This document shows positions 1 to 12,900 of a stretch of DNA of 64,000 nt, piece by piece (within the stretch, counting starts at the first letter, position 1; the number at the start of each line of letters is the position of its first letter). The stretch spans positions 1 to 64,000 of the forward strand of contig CAXHJY010000129.1 in the NCBI GenBank assembly GCA_964016885.1, given 5' to 3'. This DNA comes from Eledone cirrhosa (taxonomy: Eukaryota). The position numbers were made by a program, and so were the translations under genes. The notes beneath the pieces were generated by a model. It was not told where the DNA came from. It ran no database searches and worked only from the letters and a program-made list of their open reading frames with translations.

Positions 1-387
1 CATCAGGCTATTGATTATCCAAGTTTCTGTGGCATTAATTGACATGACTTTCCCTGGAGACGACGCCAGTACATCGCTGGTTTAAACTCCCAGCTATTGT
101 TGCTGTGTGTATACTGAAGCCATGTGAAATAAAGTGTTTTGCAGGAATCAAATCCATGACATTAGGATAGTACATCCAGCACCCTTACCTCTAAACCACA
201 TGCCTCCATTGGACAAAATACTGGGCAGTATCTGTTCCAGTTCTTTACAGCCAGAGTTCAAATTCTGCCAAGATCAACTTTGCCTTTCATCCTTCAGGGA
301 TCGAAACAAAAACCATACTAATCAAGTACTGGAGTTGACTTTCCCTTTCCTTAAATTGTTGACTCAGTATCTAAATTAAAAATCATT

Positions 388-570
388 GAATTGGCAGTAT
401 CGGTAGAGGGTCGGATGCCATGCTTTGATGCATAGAGTTACGGCCCTTGCCATTCTAAGTTCAAATCCCACCGAGGTTAACTTTGCTTTTCATCCTTATG
501 GGGTCGATAAAATAAAGTACCAGTATTGTACTGGGTAATTGCTGGCCTTGTGCCAATAGTAGAAACAATT
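388..570 (+). mobile_element. tRNA-derived SINE, family A
   Basis: A-box-like TGGCAGTATCGG, B-box GTTCAAATCC, then a conserved core CTTTGCTTTTCATCCTTATGGGGTCGATAAAATAAAGTACCAGT. The same core recurs near 640-800, 32150-32200, 33140-33310, 40100-40445 and 51465-51680. Confidence 0.8.
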
Positions 571-1432
571 ATTTTGAAGGTAGTGATGGTCGTGGTGATG
601 ATGGCGGTGGGTTAATGGAATATATATCTTTTAGTTTCATCCTTTTATTACTTCACATTCTGTCAAAGTTAATTTACTGTTCATCTGTCAGCCATCAATA
701 GAATAAATACAAGGAACAGTATTAAGAGCTGGAGTTGATTTAATCCACCAAACCTTTCTTCCAAAGTTTGTGGCTTTGTCATAATGACAGAAACCATTAT
801 TAATTATTATTCAGGTGCAAGATGGCAAAAGTGGAGAATCATCATCATCATTTAACGTCTGCCTTCCCTGCTAGCATGGGTTGAGTGAATCTACATAAAC
901 CACTCAGTACTAAGGCAGGTTTACTGACCATCCAGACAGGCCAAGGGGTCTGTGTCCTAACTTATGTATGGGCATATTTTGTTGTGTGTTTTGTCACCAA
1001 CTCTTTGTTTGGGGTTTAAAACATTCCAAGGTCTACTCAACCATTTATCTTTCTAACAAGTACCAGTAAACAAGTACCAGTAAACTAGTGTATGTGTTTA
1101 GCAGACCAAAAATAGCCAGTCATATGTAGCAGTCCTATGTGACCATCGTGTATCGGCATAAGGCAAATAAGTAGAAAGTGGCTTTTCAAGGCTCACAGTT
1201 ATTTAAATATATCTTTATTGCTATTTTCATCAATTTCATCATAGATAATTTGCTACAGTATTTATATTAACAGTTTCAATTAATTCTGCAAAATCAGTGG
1301 TGTCAAAATGTAAATAACACATCTTTCTCATCTGATGTATAAGTTTGTCTTGAAATCAGTGCTAATGCAGAGTGGAGTCAAACTATTAATCTAAATTTTA
1401 AACATTATGAAAATGGAAATTTTCAAAGTTAA

Positions 1433-1468
<36 letters not shown>

Positions 1469-1602
1469 ATGTATGTGTGTGTGTGTGTGTGTTTGTTTTT
1501 TCTCCAAAATGGCTGACATGTGTTTTTTTACAAAAAATCTTTTTCCATCCCTTCCTTTTCTCACTTTCTACTTTTCTATTTCTTCTTTTATTTCTCATTC
1601 TA

Positions 1603-1638
1603 TATTCTGATGAAAGACTAGTGTCCGAAATGTAAAGA
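1603..1638 (+). ncRNA. Minimal hammerhead-ribozyme-like motif (PLE pLTR remnant)
   Basis: CTGATGA-A-AGAC-TAGT-GTCC-GAAA-TGTA. A related copy at 52805 has a perfect stem II (GGAC-TAAC-GTCC) and similar flanks. Stems I and III are weak. Confidence 0.5.
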
Positions 1639-3133
1639 CTCTTTTTTCTACTATATCAAGCATTAAACTGACTAGCAGAAAAACCGCCCCTTGGCAGAAA
1701 AAAAACGCTAATATATATGCTTATAGATATGATATGTAAATTTAAAAGTAAATTGACAATATCTTCTTCTTCACCCACATATTTCTGAGAAGGTCATGGG
1801 GCAGAGTTTTCCAGTTAATCTGCCAGAAGCAAACATCTCTAACTGATCCAGCTGGATCCCAAAGCGTGACCAGCCAAGCTCATGGATGTTATCCAATTAT
1901 TTTGCTCGGGGTCAACCTCTGGGTCTCTTGCTGGTTGGTTTTGCCAGTAAAATCTGTCCAGCGATTCTTTCCTGAGACATTCTAACCACATGCCTATAGT
2001 ATCAGAGTTGTGATCTCTCAATCCGGAGAAGTAGCGGCTCTACCAGGAGTGACTCTGGTCTCTGACCTATGCCCTTTATCGAGTAACGTTACTCCGAAGA
2101 CCCTTCTGAGAAACCCCATTTCTGCCATTTGTATTTGCAATTGTATTCTTTCGGTCAAGATTCACGACCCTCAGTAAGGGTTAGCAGAAATACCAGGAAG
2201 ACAGCGAGTTTGCCTTTTACACCAACCTCCCTTCTTCTAATTACTGAATGCTGAGGCTGGCACATTACTGCATCAGCTTTTGCAATTATTGCACTTAATT
2301 CAGCCTCCTTTCTTCCATCACTCATGATACTTGAACTTCTCTACCTGCTTCAGTGGAACTCCTTCACATGTATATAAATTTGAGCGACTTCTGTCCATCC
2401 ATCCATCACAAAATGTGTGTGTGTTTGTGTGAATGTATGTGTGTGTAAAAGGAAGGAAGGGGATACACACATATATGTCTCTAACTTAAAAACGGTGACA
2501 CATACACACACACATATATATATATGACTCATACACACACATATATATGACACACACACACACATATATATATATATAACACACACACGTCTCTAATTTA
2601 AGAATGCCGTCAAACACAGGCTGTTCTATTACCACTGATTTTGAAACCATCTAGGTTGTCGAGAATTGATGGGAAAAGACCTGATGGTCTTACCCTGTGA
2701 TCCTGGTCAAGATGCAGATGCCTTGTCTGGGACATCTCAGTTAGTGACTCTTTTGCTTCTTCCCACATCCTGGATGCAGCAGTAAGGGTGAGAGCCCCAG
2801 CATCCGCAGCTGAACAGAACAAAATTTAAAATATTGTGATCTGTTGGCTAACTACATTTTCCAGCCTGTGGCATTCGTGACGTTTGGGGAAGTCGGGCTA
2901 CTGACTGCGAGATTTTTATAGTTACTGGCGGCTTGCCAAACAGAGGTAACTGGTGATGCTTGTGAGGACACTTGGTTGTTCCAGCACCTCAGCCTCGCCT
3001 TCACCCCAGGCAATACTGTGAGTCTACTGGCTTGCCTAAAAAATTATTAGAGACGTTTCCCAGTGCTCCCCACGATATTGGTATCTTTTGCTCTGGTAAT
3101 AGCTCGTTTTTCCACCCCTTTCTCCTGCCTTTT

Positions 3134-3292
3134 GTTGTATGTGGTTCTAGATGTATGTATTACCTGCTTGTGTGTTGTATGTGTTCCTAGATATGCGTAT
3201 TACCTACTTGTGTGTTGTATGTGGTCCTAGATGTATGTATTACCTGCTTGTGTGTTGTACGTGGTCCTAGATGTGTGTATTACCTGCTTGTA
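3134..3292. repeat. 40-bp tandem minisatellite, about 4 copies
   Basis: GTGGTCCTAGATGTATGTATTACCTGCTTGTGTGTTGTAT-like units start at 3141, 3181, 3221 and 3261. A related sequence is inverted near 57515-57570. Confidence 0.85.
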
Positions 3293-3508
3293 ATGTATGT
3301 ATACGCGTGCATGTACACATACGCACACACATACACGTCAGCGCGTTGAAAAACATCCTAATCTCTTCATTTCTCCCCCCCCCTCTAATAAATATTATTC
3401 GTCGCGCCACTGATTCTCCGTCTCTCATTAGATATTATACTCTGCTCTGTAAAAGCATTAAGTGCTCAAACGGCATACCTCTTACGGATGCTCTAAGCAT
3501 CCCACACC

Positions 3509-3602
<94 letters not shown>

Positions 3603-3702
3603 ATACAGAGCATAGCGTTGTTTTGAAAATTAGCTTTGTTTACAAACAGCGGAAGTTCTATTTCACTATCTATTTGTATATATATATATATATCTGTCAC
3701 AT

Positions 3703-4915
3703 ATGCAACAAGGAACATTGCCGTTTTATCCAATTCGACATCAATAACTGCTACTCCTCCATCACTTTACCACTTCTCCTTAGAGCTATCAATTTCGCTA
3801 AAGCGCTCACGGTGGTTAAGGATTTCGAAGTTGGTGTCATCCTCAATGCCTGTAAGTCGGTGATTAATTTCGACGACTCTATTTGGATAAAAAAATCTAA
3901 TAGTACCCCATTCAACGTGAGTATGGGCGCCAGCGATTCTGCGTAGGTTACTGATCTTATCGGCCTTTTCCTTCTTTTCTCAATCAAGGAAGAATTCCCC
4001 AACATGGGCGGTGTTTTGTACAGTGATGATGGTCTTTTGACCATGACTAAGTGCGGCCCACGTGCTTGCGACAGGTTCAGAAAAGAACTCACAGCCTTCT
4101 TTAAAGGCTTCAACCTCTCCATACAGGTTGAGACCAACCTCTCGGTCGTTAATTACTTCGACATTATCCTCAATTTGTCGAATGGCTTGTATTACCCGTA
4201 TAGAAAGCCGAATGATATACTTAATTACATAAGTAAGCATTCTAACCATCCTGCCAGCATAACCAATAATCTGGTAAGAAACATTTCTTTGAAGCTTTCC
4301 CGTCTATCTACAAATGAGCATATTTTCACCGACCATTCCACATATTACAATGAAGCTCTTGCTCGGAGTGGATTTGGCGATAAGGTAGCTTATACAGAGT
4401 ACGAGAATAGACCTAGGAAAAATAGATCCCAACGCATTATATGGTATAATCCACTATCTAATATGGAGGTAGCCACACCATTAGCTAAGATGTTTCTCTC
4501 CCTTATTATGAAGCATTTCCCCCCAGCACATAAATATAGTAACATTTTTAATAGAAATACCATTAAAATTTCTTACTCTACGACTCTTACCCTTGCACAT
4601 AACATCAGAGCTTCAAATTTAGCTAAATTACATAGCCGTAGTAACACGTGCAATCCTGTAGTTAGTACTAACTGTAATTGTAGGAATCGGGTTGACTGCC
4701 CCCTATCCAGGAAATGCCACTGGGATATCCTAGCTAAGGCTAGATTGTATAACGGAAATAAAAGATCATGTGACCTCTGCGCCGCTGAGGCCCAGGAAAT
4801 ACTCTACGCCAAAGACCACACTTTAAACAAAAAATCTGAGGCAATTTTGGCTTGTAAACATAAATTGCACAAAACCTTCCTGTATTACAGCCCCACATTA
4901 TCCCCTAACGGATAG
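3703..4915 (+). pseudogene. Penelope-like element ORF, 5'-truncated (RT + internally deleted GIY-YIG; Hydra-clade-like Cys motifs)
   Basis: ORFs 3557..3946 and 4004..4915 share a frame, separated by one TAG: [79 protein letters not shown]. Confidence 0.9.
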
Positions 4916-5344
4916 TACGAACTATACGCAGATATTTTACGTCTTGATGTGGTAGCTAAGTATATGTTATATTTATACCATTACTTATTTGTATAGGTAA
5001 GTATATATATACCTGTATGTTTTGTGAAGGTACGTATACTTTCTCGTACGTATATTTGCTTGTATATGTTATGGCGTATAGTTTATACATACTGGTACAT
5101 GTGCATTTGGTTATGTGTATACGTGAGTTTTGCGTCTGTGTGAGTAGGCGGGTTCGTACGTATGTAGGGTGTGTGTATATGTGTACTTTGTGTTTTGGTT
5201 GATGTACGTCCGCGAACATATGTGTTTTTATATGTAGGTATGTGTGTGCGCGCGTTATATACGTATTTATGTGTGTATATTTATATACATTTATTTAATT
5301 ATGTATACATGCACACACACATATATATATATATATATTTTTTT

Positions 5345-6032
5345 TATTATAGTAATAATAATAAATTTGAAGAATAAAATCCAAAGATAAGGATAAATAT
5401 ATATCAAATATATAAAAACCGTAGAGCAAATAGAGTTTCAGAAGATCCATTAAGGGTGAAAGCAGCGATTCTTTGCTTAAACTTTAATCTGTTATTTTAA
5501 TAAATATATATTTTTATGTGTATTTGGTGTATACGTTCGTATGTGTGCGGGTACAGTCGTGGGGTAGGTTCTGTATGTACGTGCGTGTTTTTTTTTGTGT
5601 ACGTGCCTGTATTTACATACCCATGTCGAGTGTTTTCGCGTATGCTTGTGTATCTACGTATATGGATGTATATATTTAATTTCAATTACCTCTGTATTTT
5701 ATTTACTTTATTCTTAACTCTGAAGACGAGAATCATTCGGTTTCCTAAATAGAATTTTAGTCTACGACTTCAGTTATACCATTTACGTGGTGTTGTCTTT
5801 GCGTGTAATTGTTTCACGCTCCACAAAATGACGTATTATCTTCGTTTTTTTTCGTTCTTTGCCAGGGAACGTCCCCACGAACCAAACTATCGTCTTCCTG
5901 TCTTCCTTCGGTTACAACGTTTGTTGAAATATTTACTTCTGCGTTCACAGATTGACTTTTTTAATTTCAGAAGATCCCGTTAAGGGTGAAAGCAGCGATT
6001 CTTTGCTTAAACTTTAATCTGTTATTTTAAAA
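5345..6032 (+). repeat. pLTR-like unit with terminal direct repeat (period 529 bp), downstream of the PLE ORF
   Basis: About 5437-5500 is repeated at about 5966-6030. The same family occurs at 30148-30700 (-) and 35330-35930 (+). Confidence 0.8.
5948..6021 (+). ncRNA. Type I hammerhead-like fold with variant core CAGAAGA
   Basis: CAGATTGA..(G/A)TTT-CAGAAGA-TCCC GTTAA GGGT-GAAA-GCA..TGC-TT-AAAC-TTTAATCTG. Stems I (with distal CAGATTGA/TTAATCTG), II and III can form. Other copies: 5431-5486 (+), 30161-30234 (-), 35778-35848 (+). Confidence 0.6.
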
Positions 6033-6050
6033 TAAATATATATATATATA

Positions 6051-6499
6051 TAAATGTAAGTATGTATGTATACGTACATACATATATGTATACAGACGTA
6101 CAGTAGCATGCATATATATATACATACAGGTACAGATATATATATGTACGTATCAGTTTAGCGGACGTTTATTATAACGCCCGCTTTGTCCGTTTGTAAA
6201 CAAACGGACAGCCTGATTTATGCCGTACGGTGTTAAGGCAACCACGTCACCTTTTTGTTCAACACTGACACAGGAACGATGTACTAGTTTCAAGCTTCTT
6301 AGCTATCATCAGCACCGTATACCCTTCTGCCAGATGGTTGAACGTTCGAAAGTATATACTTTCCTTATGAAAATTAACGGCTGAGCAGCCTAATTTGCAT
6401 ATCGAGTGAGTTCAGTCGGCCAGGGGTACCGAAAACGATAAGTTGTAAAAGAATGAAACGTCCACTAAACTGATACGTACATATATATATGTGTACCTG

Positions 6500-6555
<56 letters not shown>

Positions 6556-6670
6556 TGCTACTGTACGTCTGTATATATATATATGTATGTACGTATATAC
6601 ATACTTACATTTAAGTAAGTGCCGTACTAAGAGTGAGAAATGAAATTTCGTTTCATTCTTTTACAACTTA
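6051..6670. repeat. Rearranged repeat with internal inversions, same family as 55185-55980
   Basis: 6051-6170 is the inverse of 6456-6613. 6150-6460 aligns with 55310-55610. Bounded by (TA)n. Confidence 0.75.
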
Positions 6671-6899
6671 TATATATATATATTTATATATATATATATG
6701 GCGGTGGTGGTGGCAATACACTGGAAGTATTGAAATTTGAATCTTTTAAAAGAAGTGAATCTTGAAATATGCAATAAAATTATTTATGATTAATCATTTC
6801 TTACGGGATTTAGTGGATAAATTATGTAATATTCACTCATTAGCTATTCAAAGTAATCCAACTTATTTTACTAACGGGATTACAAAATATATTCTGGAG

Positions 6900-6934
6900 G
6901 CTGTCTCGCACTCCTCACTTTATTATAGTTAAGA
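6900..6934 (-). mobile_element. Possible Helitron 5' terminus
   Basis: Minus strand reads A|TCTTAACTATAATAAAGTGAG, like the TC..ACTATAATAAA starts of Helitrons. No matching 3' end found. Confidence 0.35.
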
Positions 6935-6974
6935 TATATTCATTCATTGTACTGTGTTGTTTGCTTTGGTAATT

Positions 6975-9900
6975 CTCTTGTTCATTATAGTCATCCACTC
7001 TTGTTCATTATAGTCCTCCACTCTTGTTCATTATAGTCCTCCGCTCTTGTTCATTATAGTCCTCCACTCTTGTTCATTATAGTCCTCCACTCTTTTTCAT
7101 GATAGTCCTCCACTCTTGATCATTATCGTCCTCCACTCTTGATCATTATAGTCCTCCACTCTTGATCATTATAGTCCTCCACTCTTATTCATTATAGTCC
7201 TCCAGTCTTCTTCATTATAGTCCTACACTCTTGTTCATTATAGTCCTCCACTCTTGTTCCTTATAGTCCTCAACTCTTGTTCATTATAGTAGTTCACTCT
7301 TGTACATTATAGTCCTCCGCTCTTGTTCATTATAGTCCTCTGCTCTTGTTCATTATAGTAGTCTGTTCTTGTTCATTATAGTCCTCCACTCTTGTTCATT
7401 ATAGTCCCCCACTCTTGTTCATTATAGTCCTCCACTCTTGTTCATTATAGTCCTCCAGTCTTGTTCATTATAGTCCTCCACTCTTGTTCATTATAACCCT
7501 CCACTCTTGTTCATTATAGTCCTGCACTCTTGTTGATTGAAGTACTCTGCTCTTGTTCATTAGAGAACTCTGCTCTTGTTCATTATAGTCCTGCACTCTT
7601 GTTCATTATAGTCCTCCGCTCTTGTTCATTATAGTCCTCCGCTCATGTTCATTATAGTCCTCCGCTTTTGTTCATTATAGTCATCCAGTCTTGTTCATTA
7701 TAGTCCTCTGCTTTTGTTCATTATAGTCCTCCGCTCTTGTTCATTATAGTCCTCCACTCTTGTTCATTATAGTCATCCAGTCTTGTTCATTATAGTCCTC
7801 CACTCTTGTTCATTATAACCCTCCACTCTTTTTCATTATAGTCCTCCGCTCTTGTTCATTATAGTCCTCCACTCTTGTTCATTATAGTCATCCAGTCTTG
7901 TTCATTATAGTCCTCCACTCTTGTTCATTATAACCCTCCACTCTTTTTCATTATAGTCCTCCACTCTTGTTCATTATAGTCCTCCAGTCTTGTTCATTAT
8001 AGTCCTCCGCTCTTCTTCATTATAGTCCTCAGCTCTTGTTCATTATAGTACCCCGCTCTTGTTAATTATAGTCCTCCGCTCTTGTTCATTATAGTCCTCC
8101 GCTCTTGTTCATTACAGTCCTCCAGTCTTGTTCATTATAGTCCTCTGCTTTTGTTCATTATAGTCCTCCGCTCTTGTTCATTATAGGCCTCCGCTCTTGT
8201 TCATTATAGTCCTCCGCTTTTGTTCATTATAGTCATCCAGTCTTGTTCATTATAGTCCTCTGCTTTTGTTCATTATAGTCCTCCGCTCTTGTTCATTATA
8301 GTCCTCCACTCTTTTTCATTATAGTCCTCCAGTCTTGTTCATTATAGTCCTCCACTCTTGTTCATTATAACCCTCCACTCTTTTTCATTATAGTCCTCCG
8401 CTCTTTTTCGTTATAGTCCTCTGCTCTTGTACATTATAGTCCTCCGCTCTTGTTCATTATAGTCCTCTAGTCTTGTACATCATAGTCCTCCGCTCTTTTT
8501 TATTATAGTCTTCCGCTCTTGTTCATTATAGTCCCCCACTGTTGTTCATTATAGTCCTCTGCTCTTATACATTATAGACCTCCAGTCTTGTTCATTATAG
8601 TCATCAGCTCTTGTTCATTATAGTCCTCGACTCTTGTTCATTATAGTCCTCCACACTTGTTCATTATAGTCCTCCACTCTGTTTCATTATAGTGCCCTTC
8701 TCCTGTTCATTATAGTCCTCCGCTCTTGTTCATTATAGTCCCCTAATCTTGTACATTATAGTCCTCCGCTCTTGTTCCTTATAGTCCTCCGCTCTTGTTC
8801 ATTATAGTCCTCAGCTCCTGTTAATTATAGTCCTTCGCTCTTGTTAATTATAGTCCTCCGCTCTTGTTCATTATAGTCCTCCGCTCTTGGTAATTATAGT
8901 CCTTCGCGCTTGTTCATTATAGTCCTCCGCTCTTGTTCATTATAGTCCTCCGCTCTTGTTAATTATAGTAATTCGCTCTTGTTAATTATAGTCCTCCGCT
9001 CTTGTTCATTATAGTCCTCCGCTCTTGTTTATTATAGTCCTCCGCTCTTGTTCATTATAGTCCTCCACGCTTGTTCATTATAGTCCTCCATGCTTGTTCA
9101 TTATAGTCCTCCGCTCTTGTTAATTATAGTAATTCGCTCTTGTTAATTATAGTCCTCCGCTCTTGTTCATTATAGTCCTCCGCTCTTGTTCATTACAGTC
9201 CTCCGCTCTTGTTCATTATAGTCCTCCATGCTTGTTCATTATAGTCCTCGGCTCTTGTTCATTATAGTCCTCCGCTCTTGTTCATTATAGTCCTCCACTC
9301 TTGTTCATTATAGTAGTCCACTCTTGTTCATTATACTCCTCCGCTCTTGTTCATTATAGTCCTCCACGCTTGTTCATTATAGTCCTCCACTCTTGTTCAT
9401 TATAGTCCTCCGCTCTTGTTCATTATAGTACCCCACTCTTGTTCATTATAGTCTTCCACTCTTGTTCATTATAGTAGTCCACTATTGTTCATTATAGTCC
9501 TCCACGCTTGTTCATTATAGTAGTCCACTCTTGTTCATTATAGTACTCCGCTCTTGTTCATTATAGTCCTCCACTTTTGTTAATTATAGTCCTCCGCTCT
9601 TGTTCATTATAGTCCTCCGCTCTTGTTCATTATAGTCCTCCGCTCTTGTTCATTACAGTCCTCCGCTCTTGTTCATTATAGTCCTCGGCTCTTGTTCATT
9701 ATAGTCCTGCAGTCTTGTTCATTATAGTCCTCCGCTCTTGTTCATTATAGTCCTCCGCTCTTGTTCATTATAGACCTACGTTCTTGTACATTATAGTCTC
9801 CAGTCTTGTTCATTATAGTCGTCCACTCTTGTTCATTATAGTCCTCCGTTCTTGTTCATTATAGTCCTACACTCTTGTTCATTATAGTCCTGAACTCTTG

Positions 9901-12900
9901 TTCATTATAGTAGTCCACTCATGTACATTAGAGTCCTCCACTCATGTACATTAGAGTCCTCCGCTCTTGTTCATTATAGCCCTCCACTCTTGTTCATTAT
10001 AGTCCTCCGCTCTTGTTCATTATAGTCCTCCGTTCTTGTTCATTATAGTCCTCCGCTCTTGATCATTATCGTCCTCCACTCTAGTTTAAGATAGTCCTCT
10101 ACTCTTGATCATTATCGTCCTCCACTCTTGATCATTATAGTCCTCCACTCTTATTCATTATAGTCCTCCAGTCTTGTTCATTATAGTCCTCCGCTCTTGT
10201 TCATTATAGTCCTCCGCTCTTGTTCATTATAGTCCTGAACTCTTGTTCATTATAGTAGTCCACTCATGTACATTAGAGTCCTCCACTCATGTACATTAGA
10301 GTCCTCCGCTCTTGTTCATTATAGCCCTCCACTCTTGTTCATTATAGTCCTCCGCTCTTGTTCATTATAGTCCTCCGTTCTTGTTCATTATAGTGCTCCG
10401 CTCTTGTTCATTATAGTCCTCAGCTCTTGTTCATTATAGTCCTCCACTCTTGTTCATTATAGTCCTCCACTCTTGTTCATTATTGTCCTCCGCTCTTGTT
10501 CATTATAATCCTCCAGTCTTGGTCATTATAGTCCGCAACTCTTGTACATTATATTCCTCCGCTCTTGTTTATTATAGTCCCCCAGTCTTGTTCATTATAG
10601 CCCTCCATTCTTGTTCATTATAGTCCTCCACTCTTGTTCATTATAGTCATCCGCTGTTGTTCATTATAGTCCGCCACTCCTGTTCATTATAGTTCTCCGC
10701 TCTTGTTAAATACAGTCCTCCGCTGTTGTTCATTATAGTCCTCCGCTGTTGTTCATTATAGTCCTCTGCTCTTGTACATTATAGTCCTCCGCACTTGTTC
10801 ATTATAGTCCTCCGCTCTTTTTCGTTATAGTCCTCTGCTCTTGTACATTATAGTCCTCCGCTCTTATTCATTATAGTCCTCTAGTCTTGTACATCATAGT
10901 TCTCCGCTCTTTTTCATTATAGTCTTACGCTCTTGTTCATTATAGTCCTCCGCTGTTGTTCATTATAGTCCTCTGCTATTGTACGTTATAGACCTCCAGT
11001 CTTGTTCATTATAGTCCTCAGCTCTTGTTCATTATAGTCCTCCACTCTTGTTCATTATAGTCCTCCACACTTGTTCATTACAGTCCTCCACTCTGTTTCA
11101 TTATAGTCCTCTTCTCCTGTTCATTATAGTCCTCCACTCTTGTTCATTATAGTCCTCTAGTCTTGTACATTATAGTCCTCCGCTCTTGTTCCTTATAGTC
11201 CTCAGCTCTTGTTCATTATAGTCCTCCACTCTTGTTCATTATAGTCCTCCACACTTGTTCATTACAGTCCTCCACTCTGTTTCATTATAGTCCTCTTCTC
11301 CTGTTCATTATAGTCCTCCACTCTTGTTCATTATAGACCTCTAGTCTTGTTCATTATAGTCCTCCGCTCTTGTTAATTATAGTCCTCCGCTCTTGTTCAT
11401 TATAGTCCTCCACTCTTGGTAATTATAGTCCTCCGCGCCTGTTCATTATATTCCTCCGCTCTTGTTCATTATAGTCCTCCGCTCTTGTTAATTATAGTAA
11501 TTCGCTCTTGTTAATTATAGTCCTCCGCTCTTGTTCATTATAGTCCTCCGCTCTTGTTCATTATAGTCCTCCGCTCTTGTTCATTATTGTCCTCCACTCT
11601 TGTTCATTATAGTCTTCCGCTCTTGTGCATTATAGTCCTCCGCTCTTGTTCATTATAGTCCTCCGCGCTTGTTCATTATAGTCCTCCGCTCTTGTTCATC
11701 ATAGTCCTCCGCGCTTGTTCATTATACTCCTCCGGACTTGTTGATTATAGTACGCCGCTCTGGTTCATTATAGTCCTCCGCTCTTGTTCATTACAGTCCT
11801 CCGCTCTTGTTCATTATAGTCCTCCACGCTTGTTCATTATAGACCTCCACGCTTGTTCATTATAGACCTCCACGCTTGTTCATTATAGTCCTCGGCTCTT
11901 GTTCATTATAGTCCTCCGCTCTTGTTCATTATAGTCCTCCACTCTTGTTCATTATAGTAGTCCACTCTTGTTCATTATAGTCCTCCGCTCTTGTTCATTA
12001 TAGTCCTCCACGCTTGTTTATTATAGTCCTCCACTCTTGTTCATTATAGTCCTCCGCTCTTGTTCATTATAGTACCCCACTCTTGTTCATTATAGTCTTC
12101 CACTCTTGTTCATTATAGTAGTCCACTCTTGTTCAATATAGTCCTCCGCTCCTGTTCATTATAGCCCTCCTCTCTTGTTCATTATAGTCCTCCACTCTTG
12201 TTCATTATAGTACTCCGCTTTTGTTAATTATAGTCCTCCGCTCTTGTTCATTATAGTCCTCCGCTCTTGTTCATTATAGTCCTCCGCTCTTGTTCATTAC
12301 AGTCCTCCGCTCTTGTTCATTATAGTCCTCCGCTCTTGTTCATTATAGTCCTCCAGTCTTGTTCATTATAGTCCTCCGCTCTTGTTCATTATAGTCCTCC
12401 GCTCTTGTTCATTATAGACCTACGTTCTTGTACATTATAGTCCCCCGCTCTTGTTCATTATAGTCCTCCGCTCTTGTTCATTATAGACCTACGTTCTTGT
12501 TCATTATAGTCCTCCATTCTTGTACATTCTTGTCCACCGCTCTTGTTCATTATAGACCTCCAGTCTTGTTCATTATAGTCCTCCACTCTTGATCATTATA
12601 GTCCTCCACTCTTATTCATTATAGTCCTCCAGTCTTGTTCATTATCGTCCTCCGCTCTTGTTCATTATAGTCCTCTGCTCTTGTTCATTATAGTCCTCAA
12701 CTCTTGTTCATTACAGTCCACTGCTCTTGTTCATTATAGACCTCCAGTCTTGTTCATTATAATCCTCCACTCTTGATCATTATAGTCCTCCACTCTTATT
12801 CATTATAGTCCTCCAGTCTTGTTCATTATCGTCCTCCGCTCTTGTTCATTATAGTCATCCGCTCTTGTTCATTATAGTCCTCCGTTCTTGTTCATTATAG

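Noticed and set aside
388-480. tRNA gene
   Set aside because: A/B boxes continue into a repeated SINE body; no cloverleaf or terminator seen.
1760-3110. GC-richer segments as possible exons or LINE fragments
   Set aside because: No recognisable motif or convincing splice-bounded frame; needs a database search.
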